64,000 bases of DNA from the human T2T-CHM13v2.0 reference genome, Homo sapiens. Shown in pieces: positions 1 to 14,835 of this stretch (the first letter of the stretch is position 1; the number at the start of each line of letters is the position of its first letter). The position numbers and the translations under genes are program-made. The notes below the pieces were generated by a model. It was given only the letters and a program-made list of their open reading frames with translations, had not been told where the DNA came from and ran no database searches. The stretch lies in NCBI RefSeq assembly GCF_009914755.1, contig NC_060936.1. One strand, given 5' to 3'.

Positions 1-699
1 ATGTTATTGGTGCAAAGAACAGGATGCGAGAAACTGACCTGAGAGAGTATGATGGAAAGTAATAATTGAGCTGGATGTTAAGGATGAGTAAGTGTTTATT
101 CATAAATAGCAGCATAAAATAATTAGTATCCAACATGCCTAATTGCCATCACTAGACTTACTAGACGAGGCAATCAGAGTGCCCTTTTCAAGTAGTTAGA
201 ACAACAAAGAAACCTTCTGACTACAGTAAAAGATTTGGAAAGTATAACATTTATATCACAAGGTCATTGTTATTTTCTATTTGATTTATCCTTGATAAAA
301 CTCTGAAATGTGTCATTGAGCCACACCACCCTTAAGTCAAATGACTTCTGAAATACCTTTTTTTCTGTTTTCCTATTTTTTAGCTTTCTAACTTAGACAA
401 CTGGCAAGATAAAAATGAACATGAAATGTTGAGAACAACCACCAAGAAAAGGCTATAACCATTGTTCACTGTCTTTCCTTTCAGCACAATAAAATAAAAG
501 GAGATTCCATAAAATAATTTCACTTTGATACCATGCATTGTGGGCAACCTCATTCTGGCATTTTCATTCTGTGCCTCATGTTGACATTATCGACATGAGG
601 GAGGGAGAGAGCTATCTTCTTAAGGAATGCTCACTAAATATTTGAAATGAACAGTGATGAGATCAAGCATTCAGCAACAGAATTCAGCATAGAAAAGCA

Positions 700-900
700 G
701 CTATAGCACCAGTCCTGAAGTTAATCAACCCTGGATCCAACTCCTACTCCACTACTTATTTGCTGTGTGACAATAGAAAAGTTACTGAACTGTGAACTTC
801 ATTTGTAAAATGCAGATACTAATTCTTACCCTCTACCATTTCTGGAATATCAAGTAAAATTTGTAATAGAACACTTGTACATTGTAGATAGTTAATGAAT
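700..900 (+). mobile_element. MIR SINE fragment (degraded)
   Basis: Core-like 'ccactacttatttgctgtgtgac...ttcatttgtaaaatgcagatactaat'; boundaries approximate. Confidence 0.5.
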
Positions 901-979
901 GCTTCTTGAATGAATAAAGTTATTTTCATTCGTCAGCTTTTTGAAAAATACTTTATTGGTTTTTCATTACAACAGTAAT

Positions 980-1395
980 TGTATTTGTCTGCTATGGTTG
1001 CCATAACAAAGTACCACAGATTGGATAGTTTAAACAACAGTAATGTATTGTCTCACAGTTCTGGAGGCTGGAAGTCCAAAATCAAGGTGCTGGCAGGGTT
1101 GGTTCCTTCTGAGAGCTGAGAGAGAAGGATCTCTTCCAGGCCTCTTTCTGTGGCTTATAAATGGCTACCTTCTCACTGTGTCTCTTTACATTGTCTTTCC
1201 TCTATGTACATCTGACTCTGTGTCCATATTTCCCCTTTTTATAGGATACCAGTCATAAGGGCACCTACTCCAATATTATCTCATCAGAACTAATTATATC
1301 TGCAATGACCCTGTTTCCAAATAGGTCAAATTCTGAAGTACTGGGGGTTAGGACTTGAAACATAAATTTTGGGGGATGAATTTCAATCTATAACA
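980..1395 (-). mobile_element. MLT1 (B/C-like) ERVL-MaLR solo LTR
   Basis: TG...CA ends; 'ctcacagttctggaggctggaagtccaaaatcaagg' motif; 5-bp TSD GTAAT at 975-979 and 1396-1400. Confidence 0.85.
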
Positions 1396-1452
1396 GTAAT
1401 AAAGGCTCTCTGTAATATTTCAAGCTATATAGGGATATAAAAAATTAATATT

Positions 1453-2110
<658 letters not shown>

Positions 2111-2393
2111 GAGAGAGATTAAGCTTAAAAAAAAAGTCTCCTCCTCCAATCCAATCTCATTCCTCTGTTTTGACCAATTTTAACACTTTGGAAGTGTTGA
2201 CATCCCCAAACCCTAGATGAATCCTACTTTGGAATGTATCTTTCTGTCTTTCTTATGTCTGCACACTCACCCACTCACATAGACACACACACACATGCAT
2301 GCATGCACACACACACAGGCACACACAACACATATATACAGTCTTATCTTTAAATATATGTGTAGTCTTTTTTATTTTTATCAAAATTAAATC

Positions 2394-2512
2394 ATCTACA
2401 GCCATACCATCCTGAACATCCCTATCTCATCTGATCTCAAAAGCTAAGCAGGGTCAAGCCTGATTAGTACTTAGATGGGAGACCTCCTTGGAATACTAAG
2501 TGCCGTAGGCTT
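2394..2512 (+). pseudogene. RNA5SP361: 5S rRNA retropseudogene (full length, diverged)
   Basis: Collinear with 5S rRNA over ~119 nt (tctacagccatacc...gctaagcagggtc...ttagtacttagatgggagacc...gtaggctt); A-rich tail; TSD aaaattaaatc(at) at 2383-2395 and 2546-2558. Symbol is from recalled locus context and is less certain than the 5S call. Confidence 0.9.
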
Positions 2513-2592
2513 AAGAAAAATATGCAAAACATTTTAAAAATAAATAAAATTAAATCATGTTATACATACTATTTAACTGCTTGCTTTTTTAA

Positions 2593-2912
<320 letters not shown>

Positions 2913-3036
2913 TTAAATCATCAATATTTTTCTAAGTCAATGAGCATAGACTTATGTAAATATTTGCATAATATTCTATAGTATAAATAAGCCATAATCT
3001 ATTCAATTCATTTCCTATGGGCAGGTATTCAGGGTC

Positions 3037-3419
3037 TGTCTTAGTCTGTTTTGTGCTATTACAGAATACCTGAGACTGGGTAATTTATAATTAACAGAAA
3101 TTTATTTGACTCATTGTTCTGGAGTCTGGGAAGTCCAAGACCAAGGGGCCACATCTAGCAAGGGCCTTCTGCATCATTGTCCCATGGCAGAAGGGTGGAA
3201 GAGCAAAAGACCAATGAGAGAGAGACAAGGGGGCCAAATTCATCCTTTTATCAGGAACCCAGTCCCACATAACTAACCCACTCCTTTGATGATGGCATTA
3301 ATCCATTCATGAGAGTCGTCATGACCTAATCACCTATTAAAGGTCCCACCTCCCAACGCTGTTGCATTGGGAATTGTTTCCAATCCAGGAATTTGGGGGG
3401 ACACATTCTAAGCAAAGCA
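3037..3419 (-). mobile_element. MST (C/D-like) MaLR LTR
   Basis: 'tgtcttagtctgttttgtgctattacagaatacctgagactgggtaatttata...catgacctaatcacc' pattern. Confidence 0.8.
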
Positions 3420-3449
3420 GGATGTATCTAGGGTTTGGGGGTGTCATTT

Positions 3450-4947
<1,498 letters not shown>

Positions 4948-5198
4948 ACAGCAATGAAATTCTGATAATTGTTTTAAGTTTACATACAAATGTGGGAATA
5001 TTAATGATATTCCCTATCCAGGAATAATACACATGGGCCACATGAAGTTGATATGAAAGCTGTGGTTTAGAAAGGTTATATACCTTGCCTTCCAAAGCCG
5101 CATAGCCAGCTAAAGACAGAAATTGCCTTTAGTATCCCTTTGGTGCAAATTTTACAACATTAGTAACCCTTTCATTCATATCTGAGAAGGAAGGTTGT

Positions 5199-5368
5199 AT
5201 CACCTGAGGTCAGGAGTTTGAGACCAGCCTGGCCAACATGGTGAAACCCCGTCTGTACTAAAAATATGAAAATTAGCTGGGTGTGGTGGTGGGTACCTGT
5301 AATCCCAGCTACTCGGGAGGCTGAGGCAGGAGAATTGCTTGAACCCAGGAGGCAGAGGTTGCAGTGAG
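5199..5368 (+). mobile_element. Internal AluS fragment truncated at both ends, no A tail
   Basis: Starts at 'atcacctgaggtcagg' and stops abruptly at 'ttgcagtgag'. Confidence 0.9.
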
Positions 5369-8074
5369 ATTGTCCTCAACTAAATTACTGAGCTTGTCCT
5401 TGACTAAACTACATGGCAGCTTAGCCTTTTACAGGGCAGTCAGATGCAAGCAGAATTTGACCAAGCATGGCACCAGTTAATAAGCAAATTGCCAGCTTTC
5501 ATCCAAATAAATTCTTATTCTTCAAAATATCTAGATTTAATAAGAATGAGAATAAATTTCCACTTAATAAGTATCTGGTACACTCTTGGCTCAAACCTAT
5601 CTTTACCTATATGAACTTCTGTCATTATAAATTAATTTCTTTGTTTAAAAGTGTATTCTTCTAAAATGTAAATATTATTATAACGATTACTACACATATT
5701 GGTGTGAATTGGCTTAATTGCTGCTCTTTTAAGAACCAGCTGGCAAAGTCCCTATTGAAATTAAAATGTTTCTCTTGGAGGGGTGGGGCATGGAGAATGG
5801 TTTTAGAAAATGGGACGCCACTTCAGAGTAGCTTAGGCTAAACAGATTGCTGAGAGATATGGGGAAGCTGGAAAGGTGGAGGGACTTGACAAGCTCAGAG
5901 GATCCCAGAGCTGGGCCATACAGGAGAGTAAGAGCCACGGAGCCGCACCAGTTATTTCACACTTTCCTTTGGGCTAAGAACTTTTTTGTTCAAAACAAAA
6001 CATGAAAAAAGAACTTCTGTTCAGCCACCACTAGGTGACAAATGGAGCAAATCATCTCTACAAAATCAGGTGTCTTTCTATATTGACAGCAGTTGTATCC
6101 CTCCCATACTCAGAGGAGCCACTTAACAGGAAGTCCAGTCACCATTTGCCATCACTCCTGCTCAAAAACAATGCCCTTTTCAGAACATTTCCAAAGCTAA
6201 ACCAAAGAACAGCAAGAAAATCAGTTTTAAGGGAAAAGCCTTGCCTGAAGCTGGACACGAATTGACAAGAGATGGAGCCACTAGGCAGCAAATAGGAAAA
6301 CAGATAAGGAAAAAGCCAGTCAGATCAATAAGTTACCAAAGTCAGTTAATTAACCAGTCAGTACTATGGAGCACCAGCTATGTACTGATTAAATGTAGTT
6401 TTAAAAATTACTCAGTTTAACAGACTGATATTGGGTACGCATCACCTGGATGCCCAATGCTTCTGCACATCTCCATCCTTTTTTTTCTCTGGACAGAATA
6501 AAATTAGATTCTGCCCTTCTTATTAAATCAAGGTGGTGATGTTACACATAATTTTCTACTTATTCGGCTTATGTTTTATGTATATTTCTTTAAATCATTG
6601 GATCAAAGGCACATTTAAAATATTTCCTCAAATGAAATCAGGGCATGATGTAAACTGATGAGTGAATAGTTTTCTTGATAAAGAAAAGTAATGTCAAATT
6701 ATTATTTCAGAATGTAGGGTAAAATATCAGTCACATATTCATTAACTTATTAAGAAGATTAGCATCTATCCTAAATTTATATGTGGGTATAGTAAATTTA
6801 CTGAAACATTTTTAAATGAAAGGAATATTTTTAAATGTGATACAAAAAATGTCTATTATTTCCAAATGTAAAAGACATTTCTCAATATTCTGCAACAATA
6901 TTTTAATACAGCCAGGTGTCCAAAACAATTTATAATAGACATATGCCTCCACTAAAAAATAAAAACAAAAAACCTCCTAAGAATGAAGGTTTGTGGAAGT
7001 GATGCTGGATTAGATGATACAAGTCCTGGGTTCTACACCAGGTTGTGACCTTGAGTTTGCTGTACCTTTATAACCTTTTGTTTCTTGTGCTGGGGATATT
7101 ACACATAGTTGATAGAAGATGAAAATGAGATGAGGCATAGTAATAGGCCTATAGAACTGCAAAAAGCTGTCAAATGCAAAGCATTCTATATCATACAAAA
7201 TTAGTGTACTTTACTGTGGTGTGTCTACAAACTTCTCTTACTGTTAACATCTTCCATTCCTTGAAAGAAAATAGGACATAATGAACTGATAAAATTAAAA
7301 AATTTTAATGCCAGTATCAAACTTTAAATTCAATAGAAAAGCTCACTAGCTGAAAGATTTTGCCTTTTTTTTGTCCTGTAAATATATCATCTCTAAATCA
7401 ATTTGTTTTTGTGAATTTGTTTTTTAAAAATGAAGTTGCTTTACTGTACATACATAATCGTTTCATTATTATTCACCTAATTGATTCAAGACATTCTGTA
7501 CTCAAATATCCCCTTCCTGAATGCTCAATTTGATCTGATTACTTTCAATTCAAACTCTTCCTGTCCTGGACACAGAAAGCAAGGGAAGTGCTGCCACCAA
7601 CAGGAAAATGCAAGTCCCAGTATTTCCACTTACACTAAAATTCTCCATGTTCCCCACTTGGAACTCTTGTTAAATAAACTAAGGCATCGTATAGGCAGTA
7701 GCAAAGAAAAATGGAAAAGCTCCTTGGATGCATATAACTTAAATTTAAAACTAAATAAAATTACATCCTATATCAGTAAGAAAAAAAGGCATCTAGAATA
7801 ATATACTCAAAGGCAAATTTTCTCGGGGCAAGGTGTTACGAACATCACTGGTAGCGACTGACCTTTATTAAATATCTAGTAAGGAGTCTCCATGAAAATA
7901 TTATTCCTGTATGCAGCGCTGTTATGCCTAAAATACAAAGAACATTTTAAAGAAAATGGTAGCATGCATTCAGTACATAATTTGTTTAGTGTAATAGAGT
8001 TTCATGCCTGTACTGTTATATAAGAGCACAGATATATAAAATGCTGCACTATTGTTCTTCTATTGAAAAAATAA

Positions 8075-8423
<349 letters not shown>

Positions 8424-9379
8424 TCAAGATGACCAGGAAAATGCAATACTAACATTTTTTAAGTATATGATTTTTCTTAAATCTAAGAGGTTTTTATAAT
8501 TACAAATTATAAGTATATATTATATAAATATTATAATTGTGTCTGAAGATTTGGACACAATTGATGGTTAGGTATATGTATACACATAGGCTTTCCCAAT
8601 TCTTTTATTCAAAAGCTCTCCAGTCCTTGATCTAGAATCATCTCTGTAGGCATTAGAGGAAGCTAGAACTTGGGTTTTCTGGAGTCACAGCCTTGAGAAG
8701 AAAATTATGAGTCACCCTTAAACCCCTAGTTCATCCCATCTATTATTTTAACCACTCAATTTTTTTCATTTCAAATAGTTCTAAGTTTCAAAATACCAAA
8801 TTCTTCACTCAGGTGCACCCACACATTTCCCACTGAGTTTTTGCAAGTCATACAAATAAAACTGAAGCTACATTTATACCAAATGAATATGGCGTTTGCT
8901 TATTTTATATCCAGTTAATATTTGTTTGATGTTAAATTCCTTATAATTTTTATGAGAATTATTAAAAGTCCCAGAAAATTAATTTCAGGGAGCATGTTTT
9001 TAATTCTTGACTTTCAACCTCCTATTAAGCACTTACTATATGCTAGTTCCTGTCTGAGGCACTGGGTGAACAAGATACAGTCTTCTTCACTCTAAAACTA
9101 AGAATTCATGAAGGAAAAATTTTAATCTCTAACCTATGGATGAATTTATTTGTAAGTATTTCATGAACAAGTCATACGATAAACACAAAAGAGTGTATTA
9201 GTAAGAACTGGTGAAATTTGACAACTCTGTTAATATCCCTAACATGTTGGATCTGGCTGTTAGGTACTCAAGTGTCATTACTCTATTTCAGTGTTGAGTA
9301 ACATGAGTTTTTTTCTTCTATCAAGTTACAGTATTCAGACCACACTATTCTGAGTGCATGAGTCTTTAAAAATGAAGAT

Positions 9380-10150
9380 GCCATGATTTAACAACACTTA
9401 AAAGGGCAAAGAGCACAGAAGAGCTCAAAATTCCTCTATCCTCACCTCTTCTTTCCTCACAAACTTTCAATTCACAGCACACAGCTGTAGGAAGGCTGTC
9501 ACATTGGGGATGTGAATTGTAGTCCTTCAGGCACTTTGCTTCCTCAGCTGGCATTGTCACAATAGCTTCCCAACTAGAATCCATGCCTCCAGGCTCACCC
9601 ACATGCCAATGCATTCTCCGTGCATTCAACCATTCTCCTTCCTGTTAAAAACCCTTCAGCGTTGCCTTAGAACCATTAGAGTAAAATCCAAACTTCTTGG
9701 AACAGCATTTGAAGACCTTCATGATCTGGCCCTTCCTTAGCTCCAGCTGTACCAATTTCTTGCAGTTCCAAAAATCTACCATGCTCTTTGTTTTGCCTCC
9801 TGACCTTTGCACATTTTAGCCCTTCTGCTTAGATTTTTCTCTTCTCTTCTGTTCCCCTTTTCTGGCTTATATGTGCGCTTAAATGCTCTGCTTAACTGTC
9901 TTCTCCCCCAGACCTTTCCCTCATCTGCAAAGGGGTCAAGTGACTATTAAAGGGTAGGTTAGGTGCCTATCAAAAATTCTCCCATAGAAACATGTGCCCA
10001 CTCTATCCTATCTTAGTGTATATAATGTTTTGTGTCCATATGTAATCATGTTTAATTATCTGTCCTTCCAATTATAAAAAGCAGGGAGTCAGTTTATTCA
10101 CTTTGAATCTTTAATCCATGGCATGCGGTAGGTACTATGTTTACCGAACA
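9380..10150 (+). mobile_element. L2 fragments
   Basis: 'aaaacccttcagcg...gagtaaaatccaaacttctt...gaccttcatgatctggccc' L2-like motifs; approximate. Confidence 0.5.
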
Positions 10151-10389
10151 ATAAAAATACACTGAATAAGGTATACTGAATTAAGGAATAAATTTTCTCT
10201 CCTGAAAATGAGCCCTATAGGCTTGTCTGCTCACATCGGCACAAGCTTCTAATTACAAGCTGAATACTCATGAAGGATGGATAACTTGCCAGAGAAGATT
10301 ATCTTGCTATTAATTACTCAAATAGGAATGTATATAAAAATACTGCTTAAAACATTTGCTTTTGGCTAAGCATTAAGAATTCTCTTGCT

Positions 10390-10502
10390 CTGGGCACACT
10401 AGTGGGCATTTGTAATCCCAGCTACTCAGAAGGTAGAGGCTTGAGCCCAGGAGTTGAAGACCAGCCTGGGCAACATAGCAAGACCCCTGTCTCAAAAAAA
10501 AG
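10390..10502 (+). mobile_element. Monomeric Alu (FLAM-like)
   Basis: 'tgtaatcccagctactc...cttgagcccaggagttgaagaccagcctgggcaacatagcaagaccc' plus A tail. Confidence 0.8.
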
Positions 10503-11573
10503 TAAGAAGAATCAACTGGCCTCTGATTTTTAATTTCCTGGTGAGCAGAGCAATACAATATATCAGAGGAGGGATGGAGAGCTGAATGCAGACTGGGGAG
10601 TCATGAGCCATGTCTGTTTGCCCCAAAGTACTGCTCATTTGAAGTTTGATTACCAAGCAGCAGTCAGTTGGTATAATCACATTTCAAGCCTTGTCAAATG
10701 CCCAGCTATTTTTCCACGATGACATTTCTGTCATCTCCCAACTGTAACACATCTCCACATGAGTATCCAGAAGTGGATTCATTACTCAATTTAAAAAAGG
10801 CGGGTCAACAGGTTGACTAAAGACTCACCCATGAATGTAGACTGAGTCATGACATATTCTCACAGCTGTCACTGATACCTGATTTTCTTCATCACCCAGG
10901 TATGTGTGCTTAGACTAGGCAGTCTTTCCCAGCACCTGCAGCCTAGGATTCCATTCTCATTTTGAATACTTCCATTTTTCTTCATTTATGTGCTGCCATT
11001 GCTTTTAATTATGACAACTTCTTGCACTTTAAAAGGAAACCAAGTTCAGCAAATGTCAAAAAATACTTGGCACTGATTAAAACAAAGATGACTGATAATA
11101 AATTCCCAGAAACCATTTCTGCTGCTGATAATGTGCTTCTTCTTCACCTGTGAGAAAAAAATCCTTTAGCTATCTAGGATTTTCATTCAAATGCTGAGAA
11201 TAAAAAATAAAAAAAGATTTGAAGTGCTCAACATAACAGTACACAATATTTCATACTGGGGGTAAGGTTTACCACCAAAATAAGCAGTATAGATACCTTG
11301 ATAACATCTTTTTCATTCCTATGCTTAGGCAAAATGTCTGTATAAAATAATTTTACCTTGTTGGATTAAATAGCATCTCCTGCAAAAGCAATGTATTGAG
11401 GTTTACTGCAAGATAAGTCTCACTCTTCCAGAATTTAACGTTTTTTCAACTGGCATTTCCCTTAGCTACAGGGTGATAACTGGCCTACAAAAAGTTAAAG
11501 CTTAAGGCACTGTAAGATTATATGACTTGTGAATCACCAAAGAGTAACTAAATAATGGCTAATCCTGATCTAT

Positions 11574-11647
11574 GATTTGGATGTGTTGTGTGGTATTTAA
11601 CAGCTGCAAAGATTTGAGTGTGTTGTGTAGTACTTAACAGCTGCAAA
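11574..11647. repeat. 37-bp tandem duplication (2 copies)
   Basis: gatttggatgtgttgtgtggtatttaacagctgcaaa / gatttgagtgtgttgtgtagtacttaacagctgcaaa. Confidence 0.9.
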
Positions 11648-12009
11648 GTAGTAAAAAGGTATCGAACTGTAGTTCTCAGTCCTATCTTTGCAACTCTAGG
11701 TCTGTGATTTGGGACAAGTCAATTCATCATCCCTGCCTTCCTTCCTTCATGCATTCACCAAGAGAGGCAATGAAGATACAAACATGGTTTAGCCAAAGTC
11801 TCACAAGAAATCTCTGATTGTCAGTTTCCTTATTGGTAAAATGGGGCTTTCTTAATGAGGATTAAAGAAAACAAAGTATGTCAAAGTACTTCATAAATGA
11901 CTAAGAGCCATATAGATGTTAAATGTTATTATAACATTTTTATGCCCATTTTTTACCCCATTTTCACCCCATTTTCTCACCCTTTTGCTTTCTCTCTCCC
12001 TCTCTCTCA

Positions 12010-12400
12010 ATATTTTTATTCCTGAACAGTTTAAAGATTAGTTACATCATCATGGCCCATCATTCCTAAATAATTCAGTGTGTTTCCTAACAATAGGAGT
12101 ATTTGCTTACTATATTTATAACTATAGTACAATTTTCAACTTTAGTAAATTTGGCATTGATACAGTACTTTTATCTAATTTGCCATCCATATTCCAATCT
12201 TGTCAATTGAGATAGTAATGTCCTTTATAGCATTTTTTTTCTCCTCCAGTACAGATCTCAGCCTAGATCAAGTATTTATTTGTTATGTATTTTATAGTCT
12301 CCTTTTATCTAGAACACTTCCACAGCCTTTCTTCGTCTTTTATGATGCTGACATTTTTAAAGACTACAGACCTCCTCTTTTTTAAAAGGAGGTCTTTTAA
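12010..12400 (-). mobile_element. Old L1MC-like 3' fragment
   Basis: 'cctaaataattcagtgtgtttcctaacaatagg...ctatagtacaattttcaactttagtaaatttggcattgatacagtac' resembles an L1MC4-type 3' UTR. Confidence 0.5.
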
Positions 12401-12879
12401 AAATAATTCTCTATTTCATTTTTTAATAATTATTTTGTATTCATCCATTTAAGCTTCTCTTCCTACCACTGGGAATCCAAAAGCCATCTCTGCATGAAAA
12501 AAAAAAAAAACAGTACACACAGTGGTTGCCACCATGTCTGACTCGCCACCATGATAATGTAATGTTGATTTCTGTCCCCCTCCTCTTCTGCCCTCTTTCT
12601 TCCCCTTGTTCTTCTATTGTTCTGTTGATCCTTAGACTGCAACATCCTTTCCTATTATCTGAACTAAATGGATCATGGACAGAAGGTCGTGTCTGCTCCC
12701 ATCATTCACATAACAAGGAGAAAGGGATGAGGAAGAGCTCATGGCTCTGACAATTCTACAAGAGAACACAATTACTTTTTGCTAATGGTTCTAAATCACC
12801 CTTGATTATGGTATTCCCCCACCTTCCTAATCCTTTTTAATTTCCTCCTACTAAACAAAAGATTTCCATCACAGTTGCC

Positions 12880-13100
12880 CTTCAGAGTTTCAGCACACTT
12901 CCTTGAACCTTATTTCATTTGACCCTTAGAACAACCAAATGTATTAGGTAGGATTTATTATCACCATTTTACACATAAGGAAACAGAGGCTCAAACCCAT
13001 CAAGTGATTTTCCACAAGCTCAGGCGCTTAGATGTAGTAGATTCAGGCTGAATGAAATCCAAGGCTTCTTATTGCTTGTCCAATGCATGCTCACTACATC
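12880..13100 (-). mobile_element. MIR
   Basis: 'ttattatcaccattttacacataaggaaacagaggctca' core. Confidence 0.65.
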
Positions 13101-13659
13101 TTCATGCCTCTTTTATACCTGCAGATCTTATGTGTGGTGGCATTCACCCTGGCATGGTGGGTCAAGATGCAATGCACTGAGGTCAATCTGTGCCTTTCCT
13201 TTTATGGAAAATAGTGTAGGTATTTTTAAATAGTACATTTCGGATATATGGTTCTGAAGCTATTATTTAAACATATTTGAAATTTGGCAAAAATATAGAA
13301 ATACATTTGTTGTAATATGCATTTAGAAAATGTGAAAGAAATATATAGCTCTGAGAAATGTTCCACAAGTGTCCATTAAAATTAGTTTCAGGTGTCAAGA
13401 ATAACAGCTTTTAAGTAAAGAGTTCATTTTGTAAGTATAATAACTTGCAAATATGCACAGTCATGAAAAACAAACAGGAGACAAGGAAAGAATTTAAAAG
13501 ATCCTGCCCGGCCTCCTTATTAACAGCATAACAAATGCTCTTAGGAATACACAAATTTTTTTAGAGGGGGGCATTAACTACCTCATTTTACAAAAGTGGA
13601 AACTAAGAGAGAGTCTTAAGTGTCTTATATGTGGCCACACTAGTGATTTGAAACAGCCC

Positions 13660-13830
13660 TGGAGCTGGGTGCACCTGTAATCCCAGCTACTCGGGAGGCT
13701 GAGGTGGGAGGGAGGCTGAGGCGAGAGGATTGCTTGAGCCCAGGAGACCAGCCTAGGCAACACAGCAAGACCTCTATCAAAAGCAAAGCAAAGCAAAGAA
13801 AAGAAAAAAAAAAAGCAAAGAAAAAAGAAA
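13660..13830 (+). mobile_element. Monomeric Alu (FLAM-like) with A-rich tail
   Basis: 'cctgtaatcccagctactcgggaggctgagg...ttgcttgagcccaggag accagcctaggcaacacagcaagacc'. Confidence 0.75.
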
Positions 13831-13834
13831 AGGA

Positions 13835-14367
<533 letters not shown>

Positions 14368-14504
14368 TCACGGCTGCTAGTCCAATGCACTTGCCTACAT
14401 TTTATGAATGTTTTATGGGATATAAATTAAATTCTTTTTAATCCTCCCATATAAGATAAAACTATATACTTCCCTAAGTTATATAGAGCCAAGATAGACT
14501 TTTA

Positions 14505-14835
<331 letters not shown>

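Noticed and set aside
2394-2512. Functional 5S rRNA gene
   Set aside because: Many substitutions, solitary copy, A tail and TSD indicate a retropseudogene
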